Part shown: positions 12,361 to 26,983 of the stretch, one piece after another | How positions within the stretch are numbered: the first letter of the stretch is position 1 | Layout: each line of letters begins with the position of its first letter | Origin: Octopus vulgaris | Taxonomy: Eukaryota | Direction: 5' to 3' | DNA length: 64,000 nt | Assembly (NCBI GenBank): GCA_951406725.2 | Contig: OX597816.1 | Location: 170,128,001 to 170,192,000, forward strand | Position numbers and translations under genes: made by a program | The notes under the pieces: model-generated | Told to the model about the DNA's origin: nothing | Seen by the model: the letters and a program-made list of their open reading frames with translations, nothing else | Databases searched by the model: none

Positions 12361-13864
12361 AAAATTAATTAATTGAGTTGCCCAGTGAAGTTACACATGT
12401 AAGTGTAACGTGAGGAATTTAACAAATAATATCGTTTCAATTCCATTCGTTATAGTTGGACCTGAAACTGATTAATTATAAACTACAATTTTTCATGATT
12501 TTAGTGTGTGTACAAAAAGACAGTAACAGTGACGTGAGGTTGTGATTAGCAACGAGGGAGCTCTTAGTTTGGTCGAAGAGCAGCCACTTATCCTTTAAAT
12601 GACATCCAACCATCTTAAGACAGAACAATTGAAGGGACGAGAACCTCTGGGATAATTATATTTAGGCGTGAACTCACTCAAACGTGATATAGGATTGAAA
12701 CACAACTACAACAGCCACAACGTCAACAACAGTAATTACTATTGCTTCTACAAGTGCCTCCACCACCACCAACACTACCACTACCACCACTACCATCACC
12801 ACCACTATAGTATAGATATTACTATTTATTACTACTAATACTACTACTACTACAACTACAACTACTAATACTGCTGCTGCTGCTACTACTACTACCACCA
12901 CCACCACCACCACCACCACCACTACTACTACTAGTAGTAGTAGTAGTAGTAGTAGTAGAAAGTGGAACATGTGGTAGTGAGAAACAGACCACCACAGACT
13001 TACTTACACCTGCTTAAGCTTATTGTTTTCAATGTACAAGAGTCCTTTCGCCATAGATTAACGTCAGATAAACCCGTAATCTTTAACATTCATATCACGT
13101 AGATTAATGCACTTACTTTGCAACTTGATGAAGTCTACAGTTAACGGCTGTACCTAACATTGCTTGATATAAATGTTAATTTTGTGAGATGAACAATGAT
13201 TGCATTTCTTACAGTAAGAGTTATTTTCGGTCCGTTATCTAAACGCATTCATTGGGTGAAAATTATGAAGATGAGCCCAATCGTCTGAAACAGGGGATAT
13301 TCGCTTCACTTAAAGAATCGGAGCCATATAGCAAAAATATGAATAAATCTATTTCTATACATATTACATTCTATCCTTTCGGGGTTGATAAATTAAGTAC
13401 TAGTTGCGTACTGGTGTCGATGTAATCGACTGGCCCCCTCCCCTAAAATTTCGGACCTTGTCCCTAGAATATAAAAGAATGTGTTGAAAACAGACGTTGA
13501 ATCGTGTAGCCAAATAAAATATTTTCAAATATTATTTCAGCATGTGCTGTAATAACATAAGTGGAAATATTTTGTATTTAGACGATTTAGCGTCTATTTT
13601 GCAGCATTTTGGCAAAGAATTTTTTTTTCTTTTTGCCCTTATTTCTAATTGTATCAATAATTTTCACCTCAAAAGGTATTTTTCATATGCTTGCCACTGA
13701 TAAAACGTTTTGATACAATGTTATCCTTACACACACACAATCACACACACACACATACACATACACACATATATATATATGTATGTATGTATGTATGTGT
13801 ATACATACACATATATATATATATATACACATATACACATATATATAGGCATGTATGTATATAC

Positions 13865-14070
13865 ATCACTTTGATCACCGACCAGTCCGTCGGGCGTCCA
13901 CTTGATACCGCTGGTCACAGCACACTGTCCATTCCTCTCTAGATCGCGCCTTCCTCATCCATGTGGTCCCAATCGCCTTCCTAAAATCGTAACTTCACCA
14001 TCGTGGAGGCCTTCCGAGTTGTCGTTTCCGCTCTTGCGGGTACAACTCGAAACTTGGATGTCAATTCCTG
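13865..14070 (-). mobile_element. RTE-clade LINE 3' end
   Basis: Minus translation [35 protein letters not shown], typical of the RTE ORF C-terminus. Confidence 0.75.
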
Positions 14071-14508
14071 GATGTCGAACCTTGGACCCAGATGTGACAG
14101 AAATTATTTTAGATTTGACAAAAATTCTGGCGAATTCCTGGATTATAAAATAAATCCATAAATGCCTAAAACAAAGCACAAAGTGCATAAAGTAAACAGG
14201 CAATCATAGCTTCCAGAATCCAATTGAACAACTTTGTGTCACAGAAAAATCTTTCAAAAACTGGGGATGTAAACTTATCTCTGCTTATCAAGGTTTGCCA
14301 AGGTCTAGCCAATTTGTTATAGTTTCACAGTTTTGGCTAATAAAACGTAGCTTCCCCCATTTTTACAATGGACTTCATCCTTATCTTACAATGCAGCATG
14401 AAAGATTTTACCTGTTTAGCTTAACATTATATTTTATAGTTTCCTAACAACACACACACTCACATATATATATATATAACAGTAGAGTGTCTGTATGCAT
14501 GTTAGTGC

Positions 14509-14575
<67 letters not shown>

Positions 14576-14749
14576 TGTATCAATTTTATAGTATAAGTAT
14601 ATTATATTATATTATATTAAATTAGAGATAAAACCACTATTAGGCAAATCAAACAATGAAAAACATAAGCCAATACATAAAATTAATTAATTTATATTTC
14701 AAATATATATCAAAAGTATTAAAAGTTTAATAAAAGATAAAGAGTAAAA

Positions 14750-14820
14750 CACTACGATCGTTTCATGGCTGTACACTTCGTAATAATTCGAGTTATGGTT
14801 ACAGTCAATCTTCAGGTTAA
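14750..14820 (-). ncRNA. Minimal hammerhead ribozyme motif in a microsatellite-flanked cassette (about 14580-14840)
   Basis: AAC-CUGAAGA-UUGACUGUA...UACAGCCAU-GAAA-CGAUCG-UA-GU; intact core, palindromic stem III, GUA triplet. Confidence 0.75.
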
Positions 14821-14841
14821 TTGAAATACCTAAAATATCTA

Positions 14842-14941
<100 letters not shown>

Positions 14942-15663
14942 ATATATATAAACAGAGTTAGCGGTTATAGTAGCTGACTAAGGGTAAAATATTCGTATAT
15001 ATTCTATCGGTATTCGTTATCTTCATTATACCCGGACAGTGGTGTGCTGGCACACCGTACACGTAGAGTGCAGATAACAACAGGATAACCAAGAGTTTAT
15101 AAGGGACCAATACAAATAATTAGAAAATGGAGAAAACCACACAGTAACAAACACATTCATTGGACCACATTTATAGCTTACTTTTTTAATATAAAGCGAG
15201 ACATAACAAAATAGGTGACTTAACTTTGTTATGTCATGCTTTGTATACAAAAATAAGCTATAAATGTGGTCCAGTCGATGTTTCTTAATTCGTGCTTTTC
15301 TCCATTTTCTAATCACACACACACACACACACACATATAAATTACGGGTGAGTGGTTTTGAAACTGTCTCAGGGATAAAAGTATCCTTAGGCACTACTGG
15401 TGCTTCCTTTTTCCTTTTTGCTTCGCCTTTTCTTTTTTCCCTTTTTCTCCTGTCAACTTTCGATCTCCTCTCAATATTCCTCTGGTAAAGTTCAAATCAT
15501 TGTAATGATGATTTGAACTTTGTTACATGGAACGAGTAAATACAAACCCAAAATACAAACTGAAACAGCTGTAAATGTTATCTTAATCATAATTAAACTA
15601 TGATCATTCAATACTTATGATCAACTTCTAATTGTTACATGTTACTCTATTTCTTCTCTTCTC

Positions 15664-15733
<70 letters not shown>

Positions 15734-16380
15734 CAAATTTTATTTAATTTGATTTTCGCGGGAAGGAGAGTTTCATTGAAGTCATGTATCGCCTTGACCT
15801 TCGAAACGCAGAGTAGATGAAACAAAGGCTACTGAAGAAGGGGAATTTTCCTTGTTTTGTATGTCCTGTACTCTATTTTTTCGTTGTTTAAGAAAAATGT
15901 CCATTTCCTTGGCTTGGTTTTGTGTTTATCTTTTCGTTTCTCATTGTGTTCGACGTTTTTTGGGTGTCCTGTACCCATATATGCATGTATATATACATGT
16001 AGAGGTAGGTACGTACATATATGTATGTATATATGCATATGTTTTATTTATTTATTAATTTATTATATGACGGAACGCACGCATCCATTTCTAAGTAAGA
16101 TTTTCTTAATATATATATATATATATGTGTGTGTGTATGTGTGTGTGTGTGTGTAAGTATGTATGTATGTGTCTTTATATCTGAGTTTGTCCCCACTAAA
16201 TCGCTTGACAACTGATGTTGGTGTGTTTACACAACGCTTCGGCAAAAGAGTACTAGGCTTACAAAGAATAAGTCCTGGGGTCGATTGCTTCGGCTAAAAA
16301 CATTTTGAGGCGGTGTCCAGCATGGCCTCAGTCAAGTAAAAATAAAGAAAAGAAAACAATAAATGTATATATATGTATAT

Positions 16381-16820
16381 ACAGTGCTTGGACAAAATAA
16401 TGGAAACACCTTAAAATTTCAAACAAATTAATTTTAACATGGGATAGGACCGCCTTGGCAGTAATTACGGCTTGAATTCTATGAGGTTCGTACAAAGTAA
16501 GTTTTGTCCATTCTTCAGTTAAAACAGTCCCCGGTTCTTGTAGTGAGGATGAAGGAGGATATCAACTCCTTACTCGTTTTTCTAAAATGTGCCATAAATG
16601 TTCAATAACATTGAGATATGGGGGACTGTGGTGGCCAGATAACATGTTCAACTTCACTAGAATGTTCCACGTGCCATTCAGTAACAACTTTAGCTGTGTG
16701 AATTGGTGCATTATAATCCCGAAAGATTGCGTTTCCCTCCAGAAACACTTCCGCAGCCACAGGATGAATACGATGAGATAAAATGCTTAAATAGTCGTAG
16801 TGTTAATTCTGCTGCTAATA
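16381..16820 (-). mobile_element. Tc1-like transposon end and decayed C-terminal transposase
   Basis: TA-CAGTGCTTGGACAAAATAATGGAAACAC is a Tc1-type terminus; minus strand SGHHSPPYLNVIEHLWHIL resembles WPxxSPDLNxIExLW. Confidence 0.65.
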
Positions 16821-16829
16821 TCCACAGAG

Positions 16830-17251
16830 CATGAGGTGAGGGGTCCACAAGTGATCAGCGAACACATAGTATGAAGGTGGTTTCAGAAATTCCGTTGTGG
16901 TGATGAGATCCTTGAAGATGAAGAAGGTGGAGGACGGTCTGTGCAGTCTTGACAATAAACAATTGAAAGCAATTATTGAATAAAACTTGCGTCAAAGAAA
17001 TGTCTCAGGCACTTGGTGTCGGTATTACAACGGTCTGCAGAAAAAGCTCGATAAGTGGGTACCGCATGCGCTCAATGAAAATCAAAAAGTTCAGCGTATT
17101 GAAGTGTGTTCGATGTTCTTTCTGCGAAACGCCAATGATCCTTTTCTTGACCGAATACTCACTTGTGACGAAAAGTGGATCATTTATGATAACCGTAAAC
17201 AATCAGGTCAATTACTTGATCGTAATGAGTCCCCCAAACATTTCCCAGAGC
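16830..17251 (+). mobile_element. Mariner transposase fragment, truncated by a SINE
   Basis: KKLDKWVPHALNENQK...FLDRILTCDEKWIIYDN (WVPHEL motif and first catalytic D). Confidence 0.88.
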
Positions 17252-17648
17252 CAGGAGTGGCTGTGTGGTAAGAAGCTTGCTTCCCAACCGCATGGTTTCG
17301 GGTTCAGTCCCACTGCGTGGCACCTTGGACAAGTGTCTTCTACTATAGCCTCGGGCCGACCAAAGCCTTGTGAGTGGATTTGATAGACGGAAACTGAAAG
17401 AAGCCCGTCGTATATATATGTGTATAAGTGTATGTATGCGTTTGGTATTTGTACCTGTGTTTGTCCCCCTCACCATCGCTTGACAACCGATGCTGGTGTG
17501 TTTACGTCCCCTCACTAAGCGGTTCTACGAAAGATTCCGATAGAATAAGTACTAGGCTTACAAAGAATAGGTCCTGGGGTCGATCTATTCGATTAAAGGT
17601 GGTGCTCCAGCATGACCGCAGTCAAATGACTGAAACAAGTAAAAGAGT
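17252..17648 (+). mobile_element. SINE family A
   Basis: Near-complete homolog. Confidence 0.9.
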
Positions 17649-17676
17649 ATATATATATAAATATATATATATATAC

Positions 17677-17736
<60 letters not shown>

Positions 17737-17868
17737 TTAATAGGTGAGAGAATTAGATACTAATTTAATAGTATATTTATTCCACACCAGTATATACATA
17801 TATATATACAAAATAAATATAAGAATATATATATATATACATGTTCATATATATATATATATATATAT

Positions 17869-17929
<61 letters not shown>

Positions 17930-18802
17930 AGGGACGTTAACTAGATATATAGACAAATATGTGTGTGCCTGTGGGTGTGATTACTTCCCATAAGTGTTGA
18001 ACTGTTCAGGAAAATTGAAACTGGCTTAAAACAGCTTTTCGACTTTTATACGTGACATGACAAAAAACAGTATAACCCCACTCTCGTGGAAATTGAATTT
18101 TTAGTTTTTTCAGATTGCATTTGCTTTTGGTTACTTTCAACATTTACACAATACTAGAACTTAGATGCACTGTCGAATTACTGTCAAACTACTCTCTTGC
18201 AAACATGTACATATTCTTAACTTCGTGTTCTGAATTACAAGTAGAATGTTTTAGAATATTTCTTTTATATATCGGATTTAACAAGAGATCTCTCTTACTT
18301 GAAAATACTAAAGGTAATACTCAAGTTTACTAGTCACTGCATTTTGTCGAATTCATAAGTTTATAAAAGAGAAACGACTGTATGATGTTGGTTTGCCACA
18401 TGTGTCATTTTCAGTTTGTTGTATATAAATTAAATTTATGGTGAATAAATTTCCTTTTTCTACTGTACAAATATTTCACGTAATTCTGATTCATTTAAGC
18501 GTTTTATTCAATGTGTTTCTCGCCGGGTTTTCTTGGGTCAAATAAAGGTTATTATCCCTTGGGCATATATTACGAACTGAAACTATTTTCTGCTTTTTCA
18601 ATATGTGTCTAAAGCATGTGTAGGATAAACTACACACAAAAGCACATTCTCTGTCACCTCTCTCTCTCTCCCACACACACATACACGAACACACATACAC
18701 ACATGAATACATGCATACATACATGCTTACTTACATACATACATAATGCAAGTAGGATTCAAATCCTAGTTGTATCCCCTTGAATCATATCTGTTTAATC
18801 TA

Positions 18803-19352
18803 TTGGGTTGTCCGGAAAGTTCGTGCCGATTTTAAAGGAAATGAAAAGGTCAATAAATACTTACCATTATATTTTTAATCAACCAAATATGAACCATTTT
18901 TTGGCGCAATGCGTCTCCATATTTCCTTTAACTTGAAAATACCCTCTTCTCAGAATTGAGTTGGTTTCATGGCAAAGAATTCATCAAGATATCTTTTTAC
19001 GTCATCCAAGAAATTGAAATTTTTACCATCAATACTATACTGCAGAGACCTGAATAAGTGGATATCCGGAGCAATATCTGGTGAATATGGAGTGTGGCGT
19101 AACACATCCTAGACGAGCTGCACCAAATGTTGTCTGGTTCCCAAAGCATCAAGTGCCGAAAATGAACTTTCTTCCATTTTAAAGGGTTACAGAATTAACA
19201 CAGGAACATAAACCTTCTTCCACGAAAAGATAGCCTAAACTGTGCTCTAAATGGATGTGTAGTCAAATCCTATTTTATGGACTCAACCATGTTCTAAAAT
19301 AAGTCGAAAGGTAAGCTACAATAAATCGGCACGAACTTTCCGGACGACCCAG
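18803..19352 (-). mobile_element. Internally deleted mariner (550 bp) with both TIRs
   Basis: TIRs TTGGGTTGTCCGGAAAGTTCGTGCCGATTT / AAATCGGCACGAACTTTCCGGACGACCCAG with TA TSD; HFRHLML joined directly to ..HTPYSPDIAP..HLFRSLQ. Confidence 0.9.
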
Positions 19353-19699
19353 TACTATTCGAATTGTGTGTATAGTAATTACAGTCAATTGTGCATGTAG
19401 TTATTAGAGTAAAAAATTCCGGGAATATTTTTTGCAAAGTAATTGTATTTCAAAATAAGCGGTTGGAAAATGTTTTTGTTACTAGTTAATCACCATTACA
19501 CATTAACAGGAATTACAAATTTGTAGGTAAACATATAAGAAATTTCATAATAGAAATTCTTCAGACATATATCAATGTACATACATGCATACACCTTTTC
19601 ACACATACACATATATGCATATAAAGATACACTTACACATCCACAACACACACACATCCTCACAAATCCAACATATACATAATTAAAAAACTAGAAATC

Positions 19700-21320
19700 G
19701 CTATAAAAATGTTAGTATATTCAGATAAAAATGGAAACGTTTACAACTTTTGTATTCAGAGATATAATAAACTTAATATAAAAGAATTATATAAAAATTA
19801 TATAAAAAAGCTCTGAATCGATTTTAGACAATATCAACTCAACAGGACTTAAAATAGCAAATTACCTTAATATTAATGATCAAACTATAGCTCATGAACC
19901 TACGACCCCGAGAACTACTTAAAGGATCATAAACATAATTTCGCGGAAAGTCCTGCAATAAGAACAATTTGCCCCTTTAAATCTGATATTGGTAGAATGA
20001 GTAAAGAAATATTTTGATCGCATTACTCCTTTTTTAAGATCAATTATTTCTCTTAATCTCTGGACTGATTGTTTAACCGTGATAGATTGGGTCATCAACC
20101 TCAAGGACAAAACGAACATGAAACTTCTACAAATTGATATAAATAACTATTACTCATCAATTATTTCTACTCTGCTTAACAAAGCTCTTATTTTTACTGT
20201 GAAAAATACTAATCTTGACAAAAAGAAATTCATATAATTCTGAAGCTGGAAAAACTATTATCAAATCTGGCAATAAATTATGAAAGAGAATAAATCGACC
20301 TGATAATTTCGATATAACTACGTGATCCAGTGACTTCACTGGGGCCGAAGACTTTGTAGAAATACACTTATTATATGATATTCAATTACATTTCGTTTCT
20401 ATTCGGGGAGGATTATATCGTGAATATTCTCTTTTCTACTTTTAAAAACATAGTAGCGTAAGCATATATATATACATATAAAAAAAAGCAAAAAGAAAAT
20501 CATTGTTTTTTTTCTAAATTTTCATGCTTTCTATTACTGAAAAATCTAATTTTAAAACAGCTTATGTTTTAGATGTTTCATTCAGTTTAAAATTTGGTAT
20601 ATATAAGCCATATCACAATATTAATGAAAATCAGCAATACATAAACAAAAATTCCACCAGCTAAGTGCAATAATAAAATCATTTATAAATAGCATTTCAC
20701 ATCACACTTCTAAAATTTAGGCGAACGAAGAAATATTAGGATGATTACTAAAATTCTGTTCTTTCTAGAGCTGGCTATAAAAGTTAAAGGGATATATTAC
20801 TAATACGAAGGATAAACAAGAATCACGTAATAATAATAATAACAATAAAAAAATAATAATAATGATAAAACATATTTAATAGGTTAAATAAGGAACTTAT
20901 CAACACAAAATGTCTTAAAACTTATAATCCTAAAGATAAGTCAAATAATAATGATCAAATCCATACATTATATGTTAATCACTACTACAGTAATAAATTT
21001 AATAAATGTAAATGCAAATCTTATTATACTAATAATTATAAAATCCCTACTGAAAACTATAAAAAAAATTAAAATTATCAGCCTAATAAACCATTCAACA
21101 GACTAGCAATATATGCTGTAATGTTCCATTTACTAGTCATGTATCTAGTAAAATATCTTTATTCTCTCGAGCAATTTAAATACACTTTTAGTCTAATAAT
21201 AAATACCATAAATACTCAATAACCACAATAAAATTCTCATATTCTACAACACCTACTTAGGTGATATTATCTCTTCCTTGAACTAAAAAAACTAAATAAT
21301 ATTAATAATTAGCATTCTCG
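19700..21320 (+). mobile_element. Decayed Penelope-like element reverse transcriptase region
   Basis: KDHKHNFAESPAIRTICPFKSDIGRMSKEI; LNLWTDCLTVIDW..LLQIDINNYYSSI; NFDIT; GGLYR, matching PLE RT motifs (KDHKxNF, FDIxxFYPSI, FDVTMG, GLYRDD); many stops and frameshifts. Confidence 0.8.
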
Positions 21321-21517
21321 TAATAATAACAATTATGTAGATATAATAAATACAATTTCTATTCCAAATAACTCTACCGCAAATGCTGCTTCTTTATTGT
21401 TACTGCTGTTTCTGATACTGCTGCTGTAGCTGCTATTATTACTGATAATAGTAGTAGTGGTGGTTGCAATAATAGTAATGATAATAACTACGACGATAAT
21501 AATACTGGTGGTGGTAA

Positions 21518-21895
21518 GGCGGCGAGCTAGTAGAAACGTTAGCACGTCGGGTAAAGTGCTTAGCGGTATTTCGCCTGCGTTACGTTGTGAGTTCAAATTC
21601 CGCCGAGGTCGACTTTGCCTTTCATCCTTTCGGGGCCGATAAATTAAGTACCAGTTACGCACTGGGTCGATATAATCGACTTAATACCTATGTCTGTCCT
21701 TCTTTAGCTCCCTGTGAGTAATAAATAAATAGGTATTTCGCCTGTCTTTAAGTTCTGAGTTCAAATTCCGCCGAGGTCGACTTTACATTTCATCCTTTGG
21801 GGGGCCAATGAATTAAGTATCAGCTGCGTACTGAGGTTGATCTAATCGACTGACCCTCTCCTCCAAAATTTCGGGCCTTGTGCCTAGAATAGTAA
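21518..21895 (+). mobile_element. SINE family B, nested/tandem copies
   Basis: GGCGGCGAGCT..GAAACGTTAGCACG...GAGTTCAAATTCCGCCGAGGTCGACTTTGCC; B box GTTCAAATTCC occurs twice. Confidence 0.85.
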
Positions 21896-22052
21896 GGAAA
21901 AGAATAATGGTGCTGGTGGTAATTATGATTTTAATAATACAACTAGTCATAAAAAACTGTTGCAAAACTGGTAATAATTCGCAAAACATCAACAGTAATG
22001 ATCATAATAATATATATTACGGTGTTGATAGTGCTCGCTGTAACACCAGATC

Positions 22053-22115
<63 letters not shown>

Positions 22116-22453
22116 CCGTTATGTGAGTGTGTGTGTGTGTATCTGTATACATTCAGGAACATATTTCCATGCGTTACATATGCACATACATAAGTATGTA
22201 TGTATGTATGTATGTATGTATGTATGTATGTATGTATGTATGTATGTATGTATGTATGTATGTATGTATGTATGCATGTATGTGTATGTGTGTACACCCA
22301 GATACACATTTTGAAATATTGTAATTCATATTAAACACTTTTAAAAACAATTTCCGCTACTAACGCAAATACCAAAATCATATTCATGTGTAAAGCTTTT
22401 TGTGCTCATACACACACACACACACACACAGACACACACACACACACACACAC

Positions 22454-22509
<56 letters not shown>

Positions 22510-22516
<7 letters not shown>

Positions 22517-23430
22517 CATTGCCAATGCCTTTGACAAAGCCGATCACGGAATATGTCACAAATTGTCTGAACTCGGTATTGCTGTTTGACTGGGAGAGTG
22601 GTTGTATGATTTCGTGAAGGGCAGTAGTTAGACTGTCACAACAAATGGTGCTCTCACTGAGTGACGCTAATCCTCAGCGGATTCCCCCAGGGAACAGTGT
22701 TGGGACTACTACTGTTTGTGGTTGCTCTCTAGGACATGCCCTCAGCCATAGAGTTGGCCACACTCACCAGCTACACTGAAGATACTACAGGATCGCAGGC
22801 GGTCAAGGACCCTGCTGACAAACTAAGACTGCAGAATGACCTGAACACTAAATATAAATGGGCAGATGAGAATAATATGCAGTTCAATGCCGCAAAATCT
22901 CCGCTAATTGGCCACAAACATACTACAACTGGTACAGGGTACCAGCAGGCAATGTGATCCCAGAGATAGAGTCGTTGCGTGACCTGGAAATCCACATGAG
23001 CAACGATGCAAAGTTTGATGTGCACATTGCTCAGATGGCAACACTATGCAGTCGGGTGGCAGGTTGGATCCTTAGATCTTTCAGGATCAGGAACAGAGAC
23101 ACAATGCTTCTGCTTTAAAGAACTTTTTTCCTCAGTCATCGGGGCTATTGTTCCCAACTGTGGTCACCACAGAGCGTAGAAATGATTGCGGAACTAGAGG
23201 AGATCCAACGCCACTACACAAAGAAGATAGACTCAGTAAAGTATATGGGCTACAGGGAGAGGTTGAAGGAACTGGGACACCACTCCCTGGAGAGGTGACG
23301 TGAGAGATAAGCATTGTTATACATATGGAAAATAAGGGAGGGTCTTGCTCCAAATTTCCGAACTGGACGGCACTGCATCGTACCAAGTTTCCCATTCCTC
23401 CATCGAGGATGTGAAACAAATATTGTAATC
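22510..23430 (+). mobile_element. Decayed CR1/L2/Jockey-group LINE RT
   Basis: YIDIANAFDKADH; SGFPQGTVLGLLLF; SYTEDT (YADD equivalent); LQNDLN..YKWADENNMQFNAAK; multiple stops. Confidence 0.85.
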
Positions 23431-23785
23431 GGTTGTTGATGTTGCTGTTTATGTGTGCCAGTGCGTGCGTATCTGTGCACGTGAGTGTGAATGTGTATAA
23501 ATCCTATTGTATCATTATTGTATCAGTTTTCCCAACTAGAATTTTTTTTATTCATATATATACACACATATATTTTCTGGGTTCGCATATGAACACACAT
23601 ATGGAGGTATGCATGTATGTATGTATGTATGTATGTATGTATGTATGTATGTATGTATGTATGTATGTATGTATGTATGTATGTATGTATGTATGTGTGT
23701 GTGTCCGTATGTATATATGCACGATGATATATCTTTGTATGCCTTTTGAATATGCATGTAATTGTTTGTGCACGTCAACAATGTG

Positions 23786-23829
<44 letters not shown>

Positions 23830-23852
23830 CATACATACATACATATATAAGT

Positions 23853-23894
<42 letters not shown>

Positions 23895-23945
23895 AGGATA
23901 GAGAGCAAGGTTATGTTCAATGAGATTGTAAACAGCTGCTGAAAT

Positions 23946-23984
<39 letters not shown>

Positions 23985-24514
23985 TGAGTGTATGTGTGGG
24001 ATCCTGGCAAATAATATATCATACTGTGCTCCATTATAATAACGAATCCATATCTATTTCAGCAGCTGTTTAGCATCTCATTGAACATAACCTTGCTCTC
24101 TCTGTAGTATAAGCCCAAGGAATTCACGTCGGCAAGCTCGAAGCTGACTAAGCTCATAATACCTCTTTAATTGCATTACAAGCCCTATTATGCAAATATG
24201 TGCTTTGAATAAATTTAGCTGCTAAATTTAGCAGGTTGAGAGGCCTCTAAATGTAAACACCAAACTACTGATGTGACAATATATACTGAATGATTACTAT
24301 CCCTCACTATACATTTTCATTTATTCTTAAGTCCAAGGTCTTTTCCATGAATATTTTTGTAAATGATATTTAGATATGAACCAGACTACCAAGGCACTCA
24401 CAGTGTGATTGTCGATTCATATACGTACCAATACACATATGTATGCAAAATGTTTTACAGAAACATACGTATACGCGCCGACACCAACACTAAGACATCC
24501 ATAATTATTCTTTT

Positions 24515-25032
24515 CTACTTTAGGCACACGGCCCGAAATTTTGGGGGAGGCCGCCAGTCGATTAGATCGACTCAGTAAGCAACTGATACTTAGATACTTA
24601 ATTTATCGATTCGGAAAGGATGAAAAGTGAAGTCGACCTCGGTGGAATTTGGACAGATAAACAAGGACAGATAAAGAGATTAAGTCGATTATATCGACCC
24701 AAGTGCGTAACTGGTACTTAATTTATCGACCCCGAAAGGATGAAAGGCAAAGTCGACCTCAGAACATAAAGACAGACGAAATACCTCAGAACATAAAGAC
24801 AGACGAAATACCTATTTCTTTTCTACCCACAAGGGTCAAAATATAGAGAGGACAGACAAACGGATTAAGTCGATTATATCGACCCCAGTGCGTAACTGGT
24901 ACCTAATTTATCGACCCCGAAAGGATGAAAGGTAAAGTCAAGCTCGACGGAATTTGAACTCAGAACGTGACGGCAAACGAAATACCGCTAAGCGTTTCGC
25001 CCGGCGTGCTAACGTTTCTGCCAGCTCGCCGT
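24515..25032 (-). mobile_element. SINE family B, nested/tandem cluster
   Basis: Three GAAAGGATGAAA..AAGTCGACCTC-like segments; head at about 25030. Confidence 0.85.
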
Positions 25033-25774
25033 CTTGACATCTATAAATATTATTTGATAAAACATGGAGGATAGCGACGTGTATTTGTTACTTCGCTTTT
25101 TGTTTCTTAGTATAATCATCAAAGTGTGTTTATCTCTTTCAGTCCAACTATTTGTGAGTGCGAGTTCATATACATGCAAGTTCACACACTTAATCACTTA
25201 CTCCCACTCCCACATGCCATGTTCCATTTTTGTCTCTCGTTATGAAGAATTGACATGCAAAGCCAAGTAACCTGTGCGCACATTCAAATTCTGGAAATCC
25301 AATTAATGTTTAGCAACATGATTCATTCATTCATAGCAGAGGTTAAACCCTCCACACAACGTATATTTGTAATCATCTAAATCATTTGTCTTTTATCTGA
25401 TTGCCATTTAAGACTGTCAGCGATTCAATAACCCAACAATCCTTATCACTATTATAAACGAGAATTCTCAAATTCCGGAATAAATGGATACACACGAGTA
25501 AGTCACATACATACATAAATACATATATAGATACATACATGTATGCATACATAGACGAATATACACGCACACATACACGCACGCACACACACACTCACAC
25601 TCACTCATATACTCACACACATATACGTGGCTTTCTGGTAAGAAGCATCCTTTCGACCTCCATGTTTTCGGGTTTTGTCATACTACGGGGCATCTGGAGA
25701 CCAGAAAAAGTCTACTGATTGGATTTATAGATTTGATAGTTTGGTAGACGGAGACTGAGTGAAGCCCATCATAT

Positions 25775-25848
<74 letters not shown>

Positions 25849-25878
25849 GTATATGTATATATATATATATATATATAT

Positions 25879-26089
25879 CAAAATGTAACCGCGTGTACCG
25901 TTGGCGATTTTTTTCCCTCTGTCTTCCCTTCTCTGTATCATTCCTTCTCCTATGTTTCCGACGATGAGCTCCGCTCGAAACGTTAAACCCTCCTTCTTTC
26001 CTTCTTTCTTGAGCGTCTAATAATACTATATTTGTTCCACGTCCTCGCGTTGTTGTGTTTTTTTGTGCTTTCATGTTTGGATTAACTTT
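25879..26089 (+). mobile_element. Hammerhead-bearing cassette family H, copy 2, within (TA)n
   Basis: GUUU-CCGACGA-U-GAGC-UCC-GCUC-GAAAC-GUU-AAAC at 25954-25988; (TA)n on both sides. Confidence 0.75.
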
Positions 26090-26607
26090 ATATATATATA
26101 TATATATATATATGCATATGTATATATACATATATGCGTGTTTGTGTGTGTGTGTTTATTTATACAGTATTGTTGTGATGAGAATCACGACGCCCTCTTG
26201 CGAGCAATAGAGTAGAACGAGTGATTATAAACAGTAGAGGTGGAGCGAAGTTTGGGTTAGTTCGCGTTTAGTTCGCGTTTAGTTCGCAGTGAAGCCGGTA
26301 GGTTGCGGCTAGTTAGTTCGTTTGGAATATTGTTGGCCCGTGATGAGGTTGTTAGGTGGTTACGTTCTTATTGCGGCTGTATCGTTATCCTGTTTATTGT
26401 TACAACATCGGTACAGTGTGTCGAAACCATCCGTCACAATATCGTGGTGGTACCACGACATTGGAGACGGAAGGTACAATATCTGGCGACGAGGGTTTCG
26501 AAACTCAAGTAAGTTATTTAACAATTTGTTCGTGATAAAACTTGTTAAACAATGGAAGACGTACTAACTTCTATAATACAGTTGCAAAAGCAACAACAAC
26601 AGCAACA

Positions 26608-26983
26608 TGGCGTAACCCACTATGTCGTGGTAAACTTTCAGACCCTAGTCTAGATTGCGAATCCTCTGTACCCCAAGATGGTTCAGCTCTCCACCTGTTA
26701 AAAGCCACCGTTTACGGAATGAGGATATCAACGTAGCTTTTGCGCACGTGCAACCGCCAGTCTATCGCCAGTGGTGGTGGGTGGATCTTCAAGTTGCCAC
26801 ACGTAGTCTTAGTAGCTTAGAGTAGGCTCGAATTAGAGATTATTCTTTGTGGCTAATGGCGTGAATCCTGAGTGGAAGAAGAAGAAGAAGAAGAAGAAGA
26901 AGAAGAAGAAGAAGAAGAAGAAGAAGAAGAAGAAGAAGAAGAAGAAGAAGAAGAAGAAGAAGAAGAAGAAGAAGAAGAAGAAG
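26608..26983 (+). mobile_element. Retroposon with long (GAA)n tail inserted in gag
   Basis: Imperfect 12-bp TSD ACAACAGCAACA (26596-26607) / ACAATAGCAACA (26984-26995); removing it restores the gag frame. Confidence 0.75.

Noticed and set aside
12674-12970. ORFs with poly-V/I/K/F/S or YI/HT/VC/CMYV repeats throughout the window
   Set aside because: Translations of microsatellites that lack stop codons.
21333-21662. Recurrent peptide MRNWYLIYRPRKDERQSRPRRNLNS
   Set aside because: Antisense translation of SINE B.
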